Virus record (IMG/VR): IMGVR_UViG_3300023055_000154
Coordinates: 1 to 35,073 of that record
Length of the DNA: 35,073 nucleotides
Strand: one strand, 5' to 3'
Origin: a virus
Lineage: Duplodnaviria; Caudoviricetes
A program made the translations under genes and the position numbers. Below, piece by piece: positions 1 through 8,110 of the stretch. Every line of letters starts with the position of its first letter. Positions within the stretch are counted from its first letter, which is position 1. The notes under the pieces are model-generated. The model was not told where the DNA came from. It did no database searches and was given only the letters and a program-made list of their open reading frames with translations.

Positions 1-536
1 TCTTATTAGGTATAGCTTCGATTGGTAGTATTCTGTTTTTTCAGCTCTATCTTAAACGTCAGTCAATTGCCCGTCAGCTTACAATCATCTCAAAAATCCC
101 GTTGGTCCAAATCTATGTGCGATTATCTTTAACGAGGCAATTTGCTGCCTATTTAGGGAGTCTACTAGAAAGTGGTTTTTCATTACAGGCCAGTCTGCAA
201 ATATTGGAAGAGCAACGATTACAGCCACTTTTACAGCATTTGGCTCGATGTCTCAAAGAGCGTGTTGTTTTTGGAGATACTTTGACACAGGCTGTTCAAT
301 TAACAGCTGTTTGGCAGAGAGATTTCTCCATATTTGTTGAGCATGGTGAGAAAAGTGGCTATTTAGGAAAAGAGCTTTTACTCTATAGCGAATTATTGAC
401 AGATAAGCAGGAGCAATTATTGCACCGAATACTTGCATTTGTACAGCCAACTTTTTTTATCATCATTGCTATCTGTATCGTTGCTGCATATGTTAGTTTG
501 CTATTACCCATTTATCATATGATTGAACTAGTATAG
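1..536 (+). CDS. comGB: Competence type IV pilus assembly membrane protein ComGB (3' part, begins before the window)
   Basis: Frame is open from base 3 to TAG 534-536. T2SS-F/PilC-like repeat (LLESGFSLQASLQIL...GEKSGYLGKELLLY...QP...LLPIY). Directly followed by a prepilin gene start. Confidence 0.9.
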   Translation, partial: LLGIASIGSILFFQLYLKRQSIARQLTIISKIPLVQIYVRLSLTRQFAAYLGSLLESGFSLQASLQILEEQRLQPLLQHLARCLKERVVFGDTLTQAVQLTAVWQRDFSIFVEHGEKSGYLGKELLLYSELLTDKQEQLLHRILAFVQPTFFIIIAICIVAAYVSLLLPIYHMIELV

Positions 537-546
537 GAGGATAATA

Positions 547-636
547 ATGAAAAAAATAAAGCAACAAGCTGGATTCACGCTTATCGAAATGTTAATTGTA
601 CTTCTAATTATTTCTATTCTAATAATACATTTTTAA
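547..636 (+). pseudogene. comGC: 5' fragment of major competence pseudopilin ComGC, truncated by prophage insertion
   Basis: RBS AGGAGG 535-540, ATG 547. Translates MKKIKQQAGFTLIEMLIVLLIISILIIHF*, with the class III signal motif GFTLIEM, then a stop after 29 codons just before the integrase. Confidence 0.9.
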
Positions 637-660
637 AATGACTAACATATCAATGAATGT
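600..660. other. Probable attL; crossover estimated near 620-627
   Basis: The pilin hydrophobic helix reading breaks off at about codon 26-27, next to the 3' end of the integrase. The exact core needs attR or an empty allele. Confidence 0.65.
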
Positions 661-679
661 TTGTATACATATCAATCCC

Positions 680-2590
680 TCAACCCTTGCGCTGTCTACC
701 TCCACGCAATTTGTTTTCTTTGATATATTTCAAAATAGTGCCCTGGGAACTACCTAACTCTTTTGCAATCTCTATACTAGTCATGTTTGGATTTACAGTA
801 ATTAACTTTTTAATACCTTCAACAATTTCAGCTTTTCGTTCAGGGCTGCCTTTACCTAATTTCAAGTTTGAATAAGGTCCAAATCGCTTTTCATCTTCTC
901 TTAAAGTTTGTGCATTTAATCCTGTCAGTCGTTTTAATTCCATAAATGATATTGGAGAAGGTTGGGCATCTAAAATAGCTTGAGTAGCTTCGTAACGTTC
1001 TCTTTGCTTTTCTAATAAACGTTCTTCGTATTCTACATTTGTTTCATCTATTTTCACCATTAAATCAATAGGGAAATCATTGAGTGTGGTGAATTTAAAC
1101 GTGATGTTGTTTTCAGCGGGTGAGAGTAGGGCATATTCAAACAGAGCAGCTATTAAATCTTCTTTATCTTTCTCGCTATATTCAGTATCTAATCTATGAA
1201 TAGTCGATAAATGTTCTTCTACTACTGCTAAATTATCAAGCAACGCATCATAACTATATTTCTCATCCTTCAGCAAATCTATTTTCGTGTTTAATTCCTC
1301 AAAGCTCGTTTTTAAACCTGCATTTTCTGTTTCGATTGTCTTTGTTTTTTCCTCATATTTTTCTTTTGTCAGTTTGCTATCTAAATATAAATCTAGCAAC
1401 TTATCAATTTTCCCATTATTATCGCTCATCATCTTTTGTAAATTTGACGCTTGTTGCTCGAGTTGGCTAATTTGAGATTCATCCTTAAATTCAATATCAA
1501 GGTATCTTTTCGCAGTTTCTTCACTCAGCAAAATATTTTTAACTGCCAATACAAGTGGTCTAGTAATGCGAACAGCATTATATTTCGGCTCGAAGGGGCA
1601 AGGATCAGCTAAGCCATGATTATGCGCTAAATACCACCTATAGCCACCGTACTGTGATTTATCTCCTTGTTGTAAAGATAGTTTACGCCCACATTCAGTG
1701 CAAGAAATATGCAACTTAGCAAGGGGATGGTGATGTTTACGTGTTGTTGGAAAAGGCTTCGTATTCGTTTCCATTATGTGTTGTATACGGTCAAATGTTT
1801 CTACTGTACGTAGCTGGGGATATTTATCTTCATTGTTAATAGTTTCACCGTTTGAAAAAGTTATGCTATATTCACCACAATAAGCCACATTTCTTAATCT
1901 TTGATACACGGTGTTAGGGTGCCATTTAGCGCCGTTTGATGTACGTGATATTTTATTTAGTTCTGTAGCGATACTTGATGGACCATATCCTTGTAAAAAT
2001 AAATCATCAATGAACGATATGACCCAAGAAAATTCCTCGTTAAGAGATAATTCTTTTGTTTCCTTGTTATAAATATATTCAAATGGTACACGTCCATATA
2101 TTCCGCCCTCACGTACATATTGGCGAAGTCCGCGTTGAGATCTTCTACGGAATAAACGTCGTTCCCGTCTTGCGATGATGTTGTATAAATCAGAACGAAA
2201 TTCATCATCTTCATTGTCTAAGTCGATAACTAAGCCTGGTTCCGCAATTTTTACATTGTTTTCACGCAACACTAACTTTAATTCTTCCCAGTTCAACGTA
2301 TCTAAGCGTGATAACCGGTCTTGATCAGCTACTAGCACAACATCTACCAAGCCATCATCTACACAATCCATCAAAGCTGTTAGCCCTTTTTTATCAAACT
2401 TTGCACCACTGTCTACATCCTTAAAAACATCGATGATACGCCAGTTTTGCTTGTTCGCATACTCTACTAAATCATGTTCCTGTGCAGCTAGACTGTATTT
2501 ATCTTCTTGATTGCGGGTGGATACACGGATGTAGATAGCTACACGTAGGACATTTTTAGCTTCAGTTTCTTTTACGGTCATTTTTCTCAT
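680..2590 (-). CDS. Large serine recombinase (phage integrase) with a C-terminal extension
   Basis: Catalytic YIRVST and DRLSR motifs, recombinase domain, CxxC zinc ribbon, coiled coil. RBS AAGGAG just upstream. Confidence 0.95.
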   Translation of the reverse strand: MRKMTVKETEAKNVLRVAIYIRVSTRNQEDKYSLAAQEHDLVEYANKQNWRIIDVFKDVDSGAKFDKKGLTALMDCVDDGLVDVVLVADQDRLSRLDTLNWEELKLVLRENNVKIAEPGLVIDLDNEDDEFRSDLYNIIARRERRLFRRRSQRGLRQYVREGGIYGRVPFEYIYNKETKELSLNEEFSWVISFIDDLFLQGYGPSSIATELNKISRTSNGAKWHPNTVYQRLRNVAYCGEYSITFSNGETINNEDKYPQLRTVETFDRIQHIMETNTKPFPTTRKHHHPLAKLHISCTECGRKLSLQQGDKSQYGGYRWYLAHNHGLADPCPFEPKYNAVRITRPLVLAVKNILLSEETAKRYLDIEFKDESQISQLEQQASNLQKMMSDNNGKIDKLLDLYLDSKLTKEKYEEKTKTIETENAGLKTSFEELNTKIDLLKDEKYSYDALLDNLAVVEEHLSTIHRLDTEYSEKDKEDLIAALFEYALLSPAENNITFKFTTLNDFPIDLMVKIDETNVEYEERLLEKQRERYEATQAILDAQPSPISFMELKRLTGLNAQTLREDEKRFGPYSNLKLGKGSPERKAEIVEGIKKLITVNPNMTSIEIAKELGSSQGTILKYIKENKLRGGRQRKG

Positions 2591-2608
2591 CTCCTTTTAA
2601 TGTTTATA

Positions 2609-2642
2609 AGAAAAGAGCTAGACAAATGAGTCTGCTCTTTCT
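2609..2642 (-). terminator. Hairpin between cI and integrase (terminator/attenuator)
   Basis: AGAAAAGAGC...GCTCTTTTCT inverted repeat with a U-rich tail on the minus strand. Confidence 0.6.
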
Positions 2643-2665
2643 GTTTTAATGCTTAACGTTAAGTA

Positions 2666-3364
2666 TTAATCTAAGTTAACAATATAAATAACAACTTTGC
2701 CGTGTAACCTCAAGTCCTCGTATGGTTCGCTAACCGTGTAATCTGTAAAACTAGCATCATATGACTCAGGTCTAAAAATTAACCGATCTCCATCCCGATA
2801 AAACCTTTTGACTGAGTAATTATATCCATCACTGTAAACAACAATATCTCCACTTCGCAATCCCTTAATTTTTATAGGTTTGACGCCAATAAGTGATTTA
2901 TGAGGGATTATTTTGTTCATTGAATCCCCATTAACTCTCATAAAGAATAAATCTTCATCACCAGCGTATTTACCAAGTAATTCGTCAGGTATAGAAATTG
3001 TTTCGAAGCTATCTAAGCCATCAATATTAATTGGTATTCCAGCAGATACAGTGGCAGGGATATAAGGATAATCATTTTGGTTATTAAAAGTAAAAGTGTT
3101 GTTATTATCTTCTTGAGCGATTGACTTATCTTCAGTAATGTCTGATTTTAAAACTCCGAAATAATCCGCTAACAATTGAACTTTATCAATTCTAGGGTAC
3201 TTTTTCCCATTGAACCAACTGTAAACGGTAGTTTCTGAAACTCCGTACTTCTCTAAATCTTTGAAAACATCAATCTTCTTTTTGTTGTTTTTTTCTAAAA
3301 GACTATTCAAATTTCTAGCGACTATGTGTCTTTGTTCCGTAGCTGATATTTCTTTTTTTGGCAA
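2666..3364 (-). CDS. CI-like repressor (XRE HTH + S24 autopeptidase)
   Basis: N-terminal HTH (VSETTVYSWFNGKKYPR), SAG cleavage site, GDSM serine and VKR lysine. TTG start at 3364 preferred because the track GTG (3373) overlaps the RBS GGAGGTG. Confidence 0.93.
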   Translation of the reverse strand: MPKKEISATEQRHIVARNLNSLLEKNNKKKIDVFKDLEKYGVSETTVYSWFNGKKYPRIDKVQLLADYFGVLKSDITEDKSIAQEDNNNTFTFNNQNDYPYIPATVSAGIPINIDGLDSFETISIPDELLGKYAGDEDLFFMRVNGDSMNKIIPHKSLIGVKPIKIKGLRSGDIVVYSDGYNYSVKRFYRDGDRLIFRPESYDASFTDYTVSEPYEDLRLHGKVVIYIVNLD

Positions 3365-3389
3365 TTTTATCACCTCCTTGAATCTATTT

Positions 3390-3475
3390 TACTCTTAAAG
3401 TGCAGTTTACGCAATGTATTATATTGCTATTTCCGCACTTTAAGTGTTGACATCGCACTTTAAGGGCGGTATATT
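3390..3475. promoter_or_regulatory. Lysis/lysogeny switch: three operators plus a rightward sigma-A promoter
   Basis: 15-bp palindrome CGCACTT-W-AAGTGCG variants at 3390-3404, 3434-3448 and 3454-3468. TTGACA (3447-3452)-N17-TATATT (3470-3475). Confidence 0.85.
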
Positions 3476-3508
3476 AAAAGCAAGAAAATATTGGATTGGG
3501 GTGATAGT

Positions 3509-3745
3509 ATGGATAAAACTTTATCTATCAAAGCAGCTAGAGTTGAAAGAGGCTATTCTCAAGAGGCGTTGGCTGAAAAATTGGGTATTGGTAAACGTAC
3601 TTTAATCTCTTGGGAGAATGGAGAAGTAGATGTTAAACCAGTTAGTATGTATGCTTTGGCATATGTATTGAGATATGACATTGACGAATTAAGAGTTCCA
3701 GCAAAAAAATTTACTAACAAATCGCACTTAAAGTGCGGAATATGA
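3509..3745 (+). CDS. Cro-like XRE HTH regulator
   Basis: YSQEALAEKLGIGKRTLISWENG HTH, divergent from cI. ATG 3509 follows GGGGTGA. Confidence 0.88.
   Translation: MDKTLSIKAARVERGYSQEALAEKLGIGKRTLISWENGEVDVKPVSMYALAYVLRYDIDELRVPAKKFTNKSHLKCGI
3723..3737. promoter_or_regulatory. Distal operator (perfect consensus) inside the cro 3' end
   Basis: CGCACTTAAAGTGCG, a perfect palindrome matching the switch operators. Confidence 0.8.
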
Positions 3746-3870
3746 TAGATTTACTCTAATTATATTTCATTTACCAATGCGCTGTGATACCTAGCCGACG
3801 AAGGTAGAGTCGTAACTTATAGCTGAAATGACGGTAGCAACATTAGAACGGATGAAAGGAGCGAGGATAC

Positions 3871-4107
3871 ATGGAAGATAATAAAAAATCCTCACAGGTT
3901 GTTGGCGCAACGAGTGAGGGAAGTTACCCTAGATATGTTTTTGGACAAAAATACCCATCAGTAAAAATTGAAAATAGAATTTGGATTAACAATGCACATA
4001 TTAACACGCTTGTAGATGTGAAAATCGATTCGCCAATTTCTAATGTTTCTACTGTAACACTTGTGTTTCTAGCACGAGTAGAGGGGCTAGATGTCCCTAA
4101 TAAATAG
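3871..4107 (+). CDS. Hypothetical phage protein
   Basis: 78-aa ORF with RBS GAAAGGAG/GAGG. Confidence 0.6.
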   Translation: MEDNKKSSQVVGATSEGSYPRYVFGQKYPSVKIENRIWINNAHINTLVDVKIDSPISNVSTVTLVFLARVEGLDVPNK

Positions 4108-4235
4108 CAATCTATTGCATGAAAAACTCGATTGCTAAAGGTATAAGGCTGGTAGCCAATGAACCAGCGTATTTGGACTGATACCTAAAAGATGACAGTG
4201 GCAACTTTAATTAGAAGAAAGGTGGACTTGTACAA

Positions 4236-4436
4236 GTGAAAGTTAAGCGTTTGATTCTTGTAAATGGAGATGAGTACGAGGATGTTGAGCTTTTTAATAA
4301 AATACCGCCAGAGGTAGACAGTGTAGCTCCTGGTCAATTTATTGGAGTAAATGCAAGCAACTACACTGTTTTTCTACAAAGAGAAATGATTATTTCCTTA
4401 CAAGTAGCTCAAACTTTCAAGGTTATTTCTTCTTAG
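4236..4436 (+). CDS. Hypothetical phage protein
   Basis: 66-aa ORF with RBS AAAGGTGG. Confidence 0.6.
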   Translation: MKVKRLILVNGDEYEDVELFNKIPPEVDSVAPGQFIGVNASNYTVFLQREMIISLQVAQTFKVISS

Positions 4437-4551
4437 TTTGAGCTAATGCAGAGCCAGCAACAGATTTAGCTGTTTTGCTGTATCGACCATCTTTTAAAAT
4501 TTTACTAGCTTTACTAGCAATACTTTTAGATGTTTGTTTCTTATTAGCCAT
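4423..4551 (-). CDS. Small basic protein (42 aa), not in the ORF track
   Basis: MANKKQTSKSIASKASKILKDGRYSKTAKSVAGSALAQTKKK*. RBS GAAAGGAAG (4562-4570, minus strand). Confidence 0.7.
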   Translation of the reverse strand: MANKKQTSKSIASKASKILKDGRYSKTAKSVAGSALAQTKKK

Positions 4552-4578
4552 AAGTAATTCACTTCCTTTCTACCTAAA

Positions 4579-4592
4579 AGAACATTTGTTCT
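4579..4592. promoter_or_regulatory. Putative LexA (Cheo/SOS) box
   Basis: AGAAC-ATTT-GTTCT matches the Firmicutes GAAC-N4-GTTC consensus. It lies between a minus-strand extended -10 (TGATATATT, 4601-4609) and the 42-aa ORF. Confidence 0.6.
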
Positions 4593-4648
4593 TATATATT
4601 AATATATCACATTATATTGTGGTAATCAAATGGGAGGCGCACTATATA

Positions 4649-4849
4649 TTGGATATTCGTTTAAAAGAGTTAAGAGAGTACCGAAAGTTATCAAGATATC
4701 GATTAGCTAAACTCTCGGGAGTAAATGAATCTACTCTCCAAATGATAGAAAACAGTGATAATCCTAATCCCACATTTCGAGTAATGTGTAAAATCGCAGA
4801 TGCTCTAGAAGTGAGTTTGGATGATTTAAGAAAGGGGTCAGAACAATGA
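4649..4849 (+). CDS. XRE-family HTH transcriptional regulator
   Basis: LSRYRLAKLSGVNESTLQMIENSDNPNPTF HTH. TTG 4649 follows GGGAGG; the track start at 4475 is over-extended. Confidence 0.88.
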   Translation: MDIRLKELREYRKLSRYRLAKLSGVNESTLQMIENSDNPNPTFRVMCKIADALEVSLDDLRKGSEQ

Positions 4850-5049
4850 AAAATACCATCAATATGGAATTAGTTAAAATTCGAGCATTTTTACCTGAAA
4901 AGCTGACTGAGTTATCAAATAAGAATGAAGCTTTAGCGCTCGAAATATTGCGGATGTGGGGCAATGGTGATAAGCCCCTTCGCGATCTTTGGACTTTAGT
5001 TCATCAAGGTTTAGAAAGAGGGGAACACAATGGAGAGCACAGCAATTAG
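4846..5049 (+). CDS. Hypothetical phage protein
   Basis: ATGA coupling to the upstream gene, RBS AAGGGG. Confidence 0.65.
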   Translation: MKNTINMELVKIRAFLPEKLTELSNKNEALALEILRMWGNGDKPLRDLWTLVHQGLERGEHNGEHSN

Positions 5050-5278
5050 CTATGACAATTTTGGGCGTATGCGGTACCACCCAGAGTTCCATTTTTCGCA
5101 TGGAAAGCCTTTTTCAGAAAGTGAACTCGAATATATTTGTAAATTTTATGAGATTGATCATACGAGGACCATAGCATTTGCTATTGGGCGAACAGAACAT
5201 ACTGTTCAATCTAAAGTAACTTCTCTAAGGAAAAAAGGGCTGTTCGATTATTATAAAAATCTTAATAAGAATTGGTAG
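5030..5278 (+). CDS. Small helical putative DNA-binding protein
   Basis: KPFSESELEYICKF...IAFAIGRTEHTVQSKVTSLRKKG resembles a Myb/HTH-like pattern. RBS GAGGGG. Confidence 0.6.
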   Translation: MESTAISYDNFGRMRYHPEFHFSHGKPFSESELEYICKFYEIDHTRTIAFAIGRTEHTVQSKVTSLRKKGLFDYYKNLNKNW

Positions 5279-5292
5279 GAGGCATTTATTGT

Positions 5293-5559
5293 ATGAATAT
5301 TGTAACGAAACTGGAACTGGAAATTGCGGCAAAGAAAGCATGTATAGAGGATTTACAAACTGCTATAAAATTTCATGAGCAACAAGGGACATATCACTTG
5401 GCTGCAGAATGTGCGTGGCGGATAAAACAGGCACAACATACTATTAAACGATTAGAGGTCCAACTACAAGATAACAGGAATTTTGGAGGGATAATAAAGA
5501 ATTTAACCAGACGCGGTATTTCCCTGAAGGCGGTGAAAAAACTTGAGAATCAAAGTTAG
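5293..5559 (+). CDS. Hypothetical coiled-coil phage protein
   Basis: RBS AGGAGG 5277-5282 supports ATG 5293. Confidence 0.65.
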   Translation: MNIVTKLELEIAAKKACIEDLQTAIKFHEQQGTYHLAAECAWRIKQAQHTIKRLEVQLQDNRNFGGIIKNLTRRGISLKAVKKLENQS

Positions 5560-5770
5560 AGCATGGCGACACATGACACTTAAGCAACGGCTAGTATGTA
5601 TACATTTTTATTGCAATAAATGCACTATATCACGAGTGTACAACACACGAACCTTGCTAGATCGCTTTTATAACTTTGTCACAAAAAAAGCTGTTTGATC
5701 GGTAGGACGATTAAACAGCAGAGCTAAATTAAGTCTCAATAAATTATAACACATATTGTAGGAGGCCACT

Positions 5771-6352
5771 ATGAATATTGAAATTACATTGCACAATGCT
5801 CATTTAAAAGCTGAAAACTTACAGAGTAATCATATGACAGATGCAATACAAGGCTTTTTCTATGTACTTAATGCTGGATTTAATAAGGAGTCAAAACAGT
5901 TAACAACTGCGGTACAAGTAGAAAAATCTACACCTGTATCGACTACACCTAAGGAATCAATCGAAAAAGTAAAACCTGCAACAGTACAAACAAAACTAGA
6001 TGTGGACACTTCAACTATTAAGAAAGTGTTACCAAAAATAGATGACCATCGTTCGTTAAATGTATCAGTTGCTGAAAGAGTAGAAGCACAACAAGAGCAG
6101 AAGCATTGGGAAACCGGTATCAAAGTAGATGAAGATGGTACGGAGCGTTATCGCTGTTATTACTGGTGTGATTGTGGGAGTAAGGGAAAACGATACATTC
6201 ATGAGTACGATGAAATTGTTGCTTGTCGTGAATGTGGGCAAGAAATATATGTAGAGGCAGCTACACCAAATTATCAAAAAAATGGACTTCCGGAACGAGA
6301 TAAATTCGGCAATTTCTTTATAGCACGTGAAGTAGCAACAATTAGTGATTAA
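5771..6352 (+). CDS. Phage protein with C-terminal Cys-rich zinc ribbon
   Basis: RBS AGGAGG; CxC...CxxC (CDCG...CRECG). Confidence 0.7.
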   Translation: MNIEITLHNAHLKAENLQSNHMTDAIQGFFYVLNAGFNKESKQLTTAVQVEKSTPVSTTPKESIEKVKPATVQTKLDVDTSTIKKVLPKIDDHRSLNVSVAERVEAQQEQKHWETGIKVDEDGTERYRCYYWCDCGSKGKRYIHEYDEIVACRECGQEIYVEAATPNYQKNGLPERDKFGNFFIAREVATISD

Positions 6353-6562
6353 TCAATAAGCGTTTGCGAGTATAATACTCGCTCTCGTCAAGCAGTTTAC
6401 AACTACTATTTCCTTCCCTTAATTAATGGTTAGCCAAGTTGTAGGCTGCTTGATGGGAAACCATCCCTTGCTATCTCAAGACAACTGAATATTACTTCGT
6501 AGTAATCCTCTTATTCTACTTATAAAAAAATAATAGATCCTCGCAAGGAAAAAATTGAAAGG

Positions 6563-6805
6563 GTGACAGATATGAGATTAGAACAAGCAATAGCTAAGAT
6601 TGCTAAATTGCCGCAATTGTTAGCAGAACACAGTATATCGCAAGATGCGGTTATAGATGTCCATATTGATTTAACGGCTTGGGCAAATTATAGTGTGAGG
6701 GTTTTGTTACTTGATGGTGAAGAAGCATTTAAAAAACTTGGAGACTACAACAAAAAGATTGATACCGATTTATTTCAAAAAAAAGAGCATCTTATCAAAT
6801 TTTAG
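6563..6805 (+). CDS. Hypothetical protein, possibly frameshifted at the A8 tract (extended form ends 6867)
   Basis: 80-aa ORF. The -1 frame after A8 (6777-6784) stays open to TGA 6865-6867. Confidence 0.55.
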   Translation: MTDMRLEQAIAKIAKLPQLLAEHSISQDAVIDVHIDLTAWANYSVRVLLLDGEEAFKKLGDYNKKIDTDLFQKKEHLIKF

Positions 6806-6856
6806 TGGATGGCATCGACTTTAGAGGCAATGAGGCTATTAAGGAGCGTGATTCGG

Positions 6857-7138
6857 ATGGATGTTGAAAACCCAATGATTTTAGGGCGTCTTGAGTATCC
6901 TCAGCCATGCTTTAATCAATACGAACCCACTGTCAGTATTGAAATGTATGACGATTTTGGTAGTTTGATAGTTTGTCATGATGTGTATTTTGAGATAGGT
7001 GACGCTACCGTACACATTGACAATATTAGTGACTACCTAGCTACTAGATATAAAGACAAATCAACATATGATATGAGTGATTCTGAAGTTATAGTTTATG
7101 TGGAAAAACATTATGGCTTTGCACATACAAAAAAATAA
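6857..7138 (+). CDS. YqaI-like phage protein
   Basis: N-terminal MDVENPMI motif after RBS AAGGAG, upstream of recombination genes as in skin-like elements. Confidence 0.5.
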   Translation: MDVENPMILGRLEYPQPCFNQYEPTVSIEMYDDFGSLIVCHDVYFEIGDATVHIDNISDYLATRYKDKSTYDMSDSEVIVYVEKHYGFAHTKK

Positions 7139-7207
7139 ACCACTTGGCAGAGTGGTCTAAACAAACATTATTAGCACTAATTATAGAGCACTATAGGAGG
7201 AATTTCA

Positions 7208-8110
7208 ATGAGAAACTTAGCAGAACAATTTCATAATCCGACTTCCTATCAATCAACTCAAGGGGGAGGAGTACTAGCACAAGCTAGTTCCTCTCGTGAA
7301 ATGGAGGAAGTTAAAGGGCAAATATTTATGGCAAAGTCGTTTCCAAGAAATTATTTCGATGCTGAAAGACGAATCTTAGATGCATGCAAACGATTCTCTC
7401 TCGCAGAGTCAGCAATGTATTCGTATCCAAGAGCAGGTACAAATGTAACCGGGCCTTCAATTCGTCTTGCAGAGGTTCTGGCGCAAAGTTGGGGAAACAT
7501 TTCTTTTGGTGTTAAAGAATTAGAACAACGAAATGGTGAATCAACAGCTATGGCTTTTTGTTGGGATTTAGAGACGAATACAAGACAAGAAAAAACCTTT
7601 ACTGTTAAACACTCAATAAAAACAAAAAATGGCTTAAAAACATTTTCTGATCCGCGTGACATTTATGAGAAAGTTGCAAATGATGGTTCGCGCAGACTAA
7701 GAGCTTGTATTCTTGGCATCATTCCAGGTGATATTGTTGAGAAAGCTTTAAAAGAATGTGAGTTGACATTACAAGGTAATAACACTGAGCCGTTGAAAGA
7801 TCGTCTAGCAAATGCTTTAAAAATGCTAAAAGAGTATTTCAAAGTCACGCAGGAAATGGTTGAGGAAAAGTTCGGTTATAAAACTAGTGATTTTACTGAA
7901 CGAGACTATATCGATTTAGGGAAAATTTACAATTCCTTATGTGATGGTATGACCAAAGTTGAAGATTGGTTTGATAAAGATGCAGTTAAACAGAAATCAA
8001 GTGGACTAGCTGCTGATTTTGAAAAATCACAAGAACAACCAAAAACAGAGGTGATAGTAGATGCATCAGACGAAATTCCAATTGAACAGACTGAATTACT
8101 ACTCAAATGA
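7208..8110 (+). CDS. Putative single-strand annealing/recombination protein
   Basis: Phage-type motifs (YSYPR, GPSIRLAE, WDLETN) and pairing with the downstream exonuclease. Function inferred from context. Confidence 0.55.
   Translation: MRNLAEQFHNPTSYQSTQGGGVLAQASSSREMEEVKGQIFMAKSFPRNYFDAERRILDACKRFSLAESAMYSYPRAGTNVTGPSIRLAEVLAQSWGNISFGVKELEQRNGESTAMAFCWDLETNTRQEKTFTVKHSIKTKNGLKTFSDPRDIYEKVANDGSRRLRACILGIIPGDIVEKALKECELTLQGNNTEPLKDRLANALKMLKEYFKVTQEMVEEKFGYKTSDFTERDYIDLGKIYNSLCDGMTKVEDWFDKDAVKQKSSGLAADFEKSQEQPKTEVIVDASDEIPIEQTELLLK

Noticed and set aside
657-2214. ORFs 657-875, 1287-1475 and 1957-2214
   Set aside because: Antisense or out-of-frame shadows of the integrase with no RBS or recognisable motifs.
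4475-4648. Hydrophobic N-terminal extension of the XRE regulator suggesting a membrane-anchored repressor
   Set aside because: It is the antisense of the Lys-rich 42-aa ORF; the RBS supports a start at 4649.
5193-5208. GAAC-ATACT-GTTC as a second SOS box
   Set aside because: The spacer is 5 bp rather than 4 and the site is inside a coding region.
6803-6856. Possible stop read-through fusing the same-frame ORFs 6563-6805 and 6809-7138
   Set aside because: The second gene has its own RBS and start at 6857; a frameshift at the A8 tract explains the gap better.
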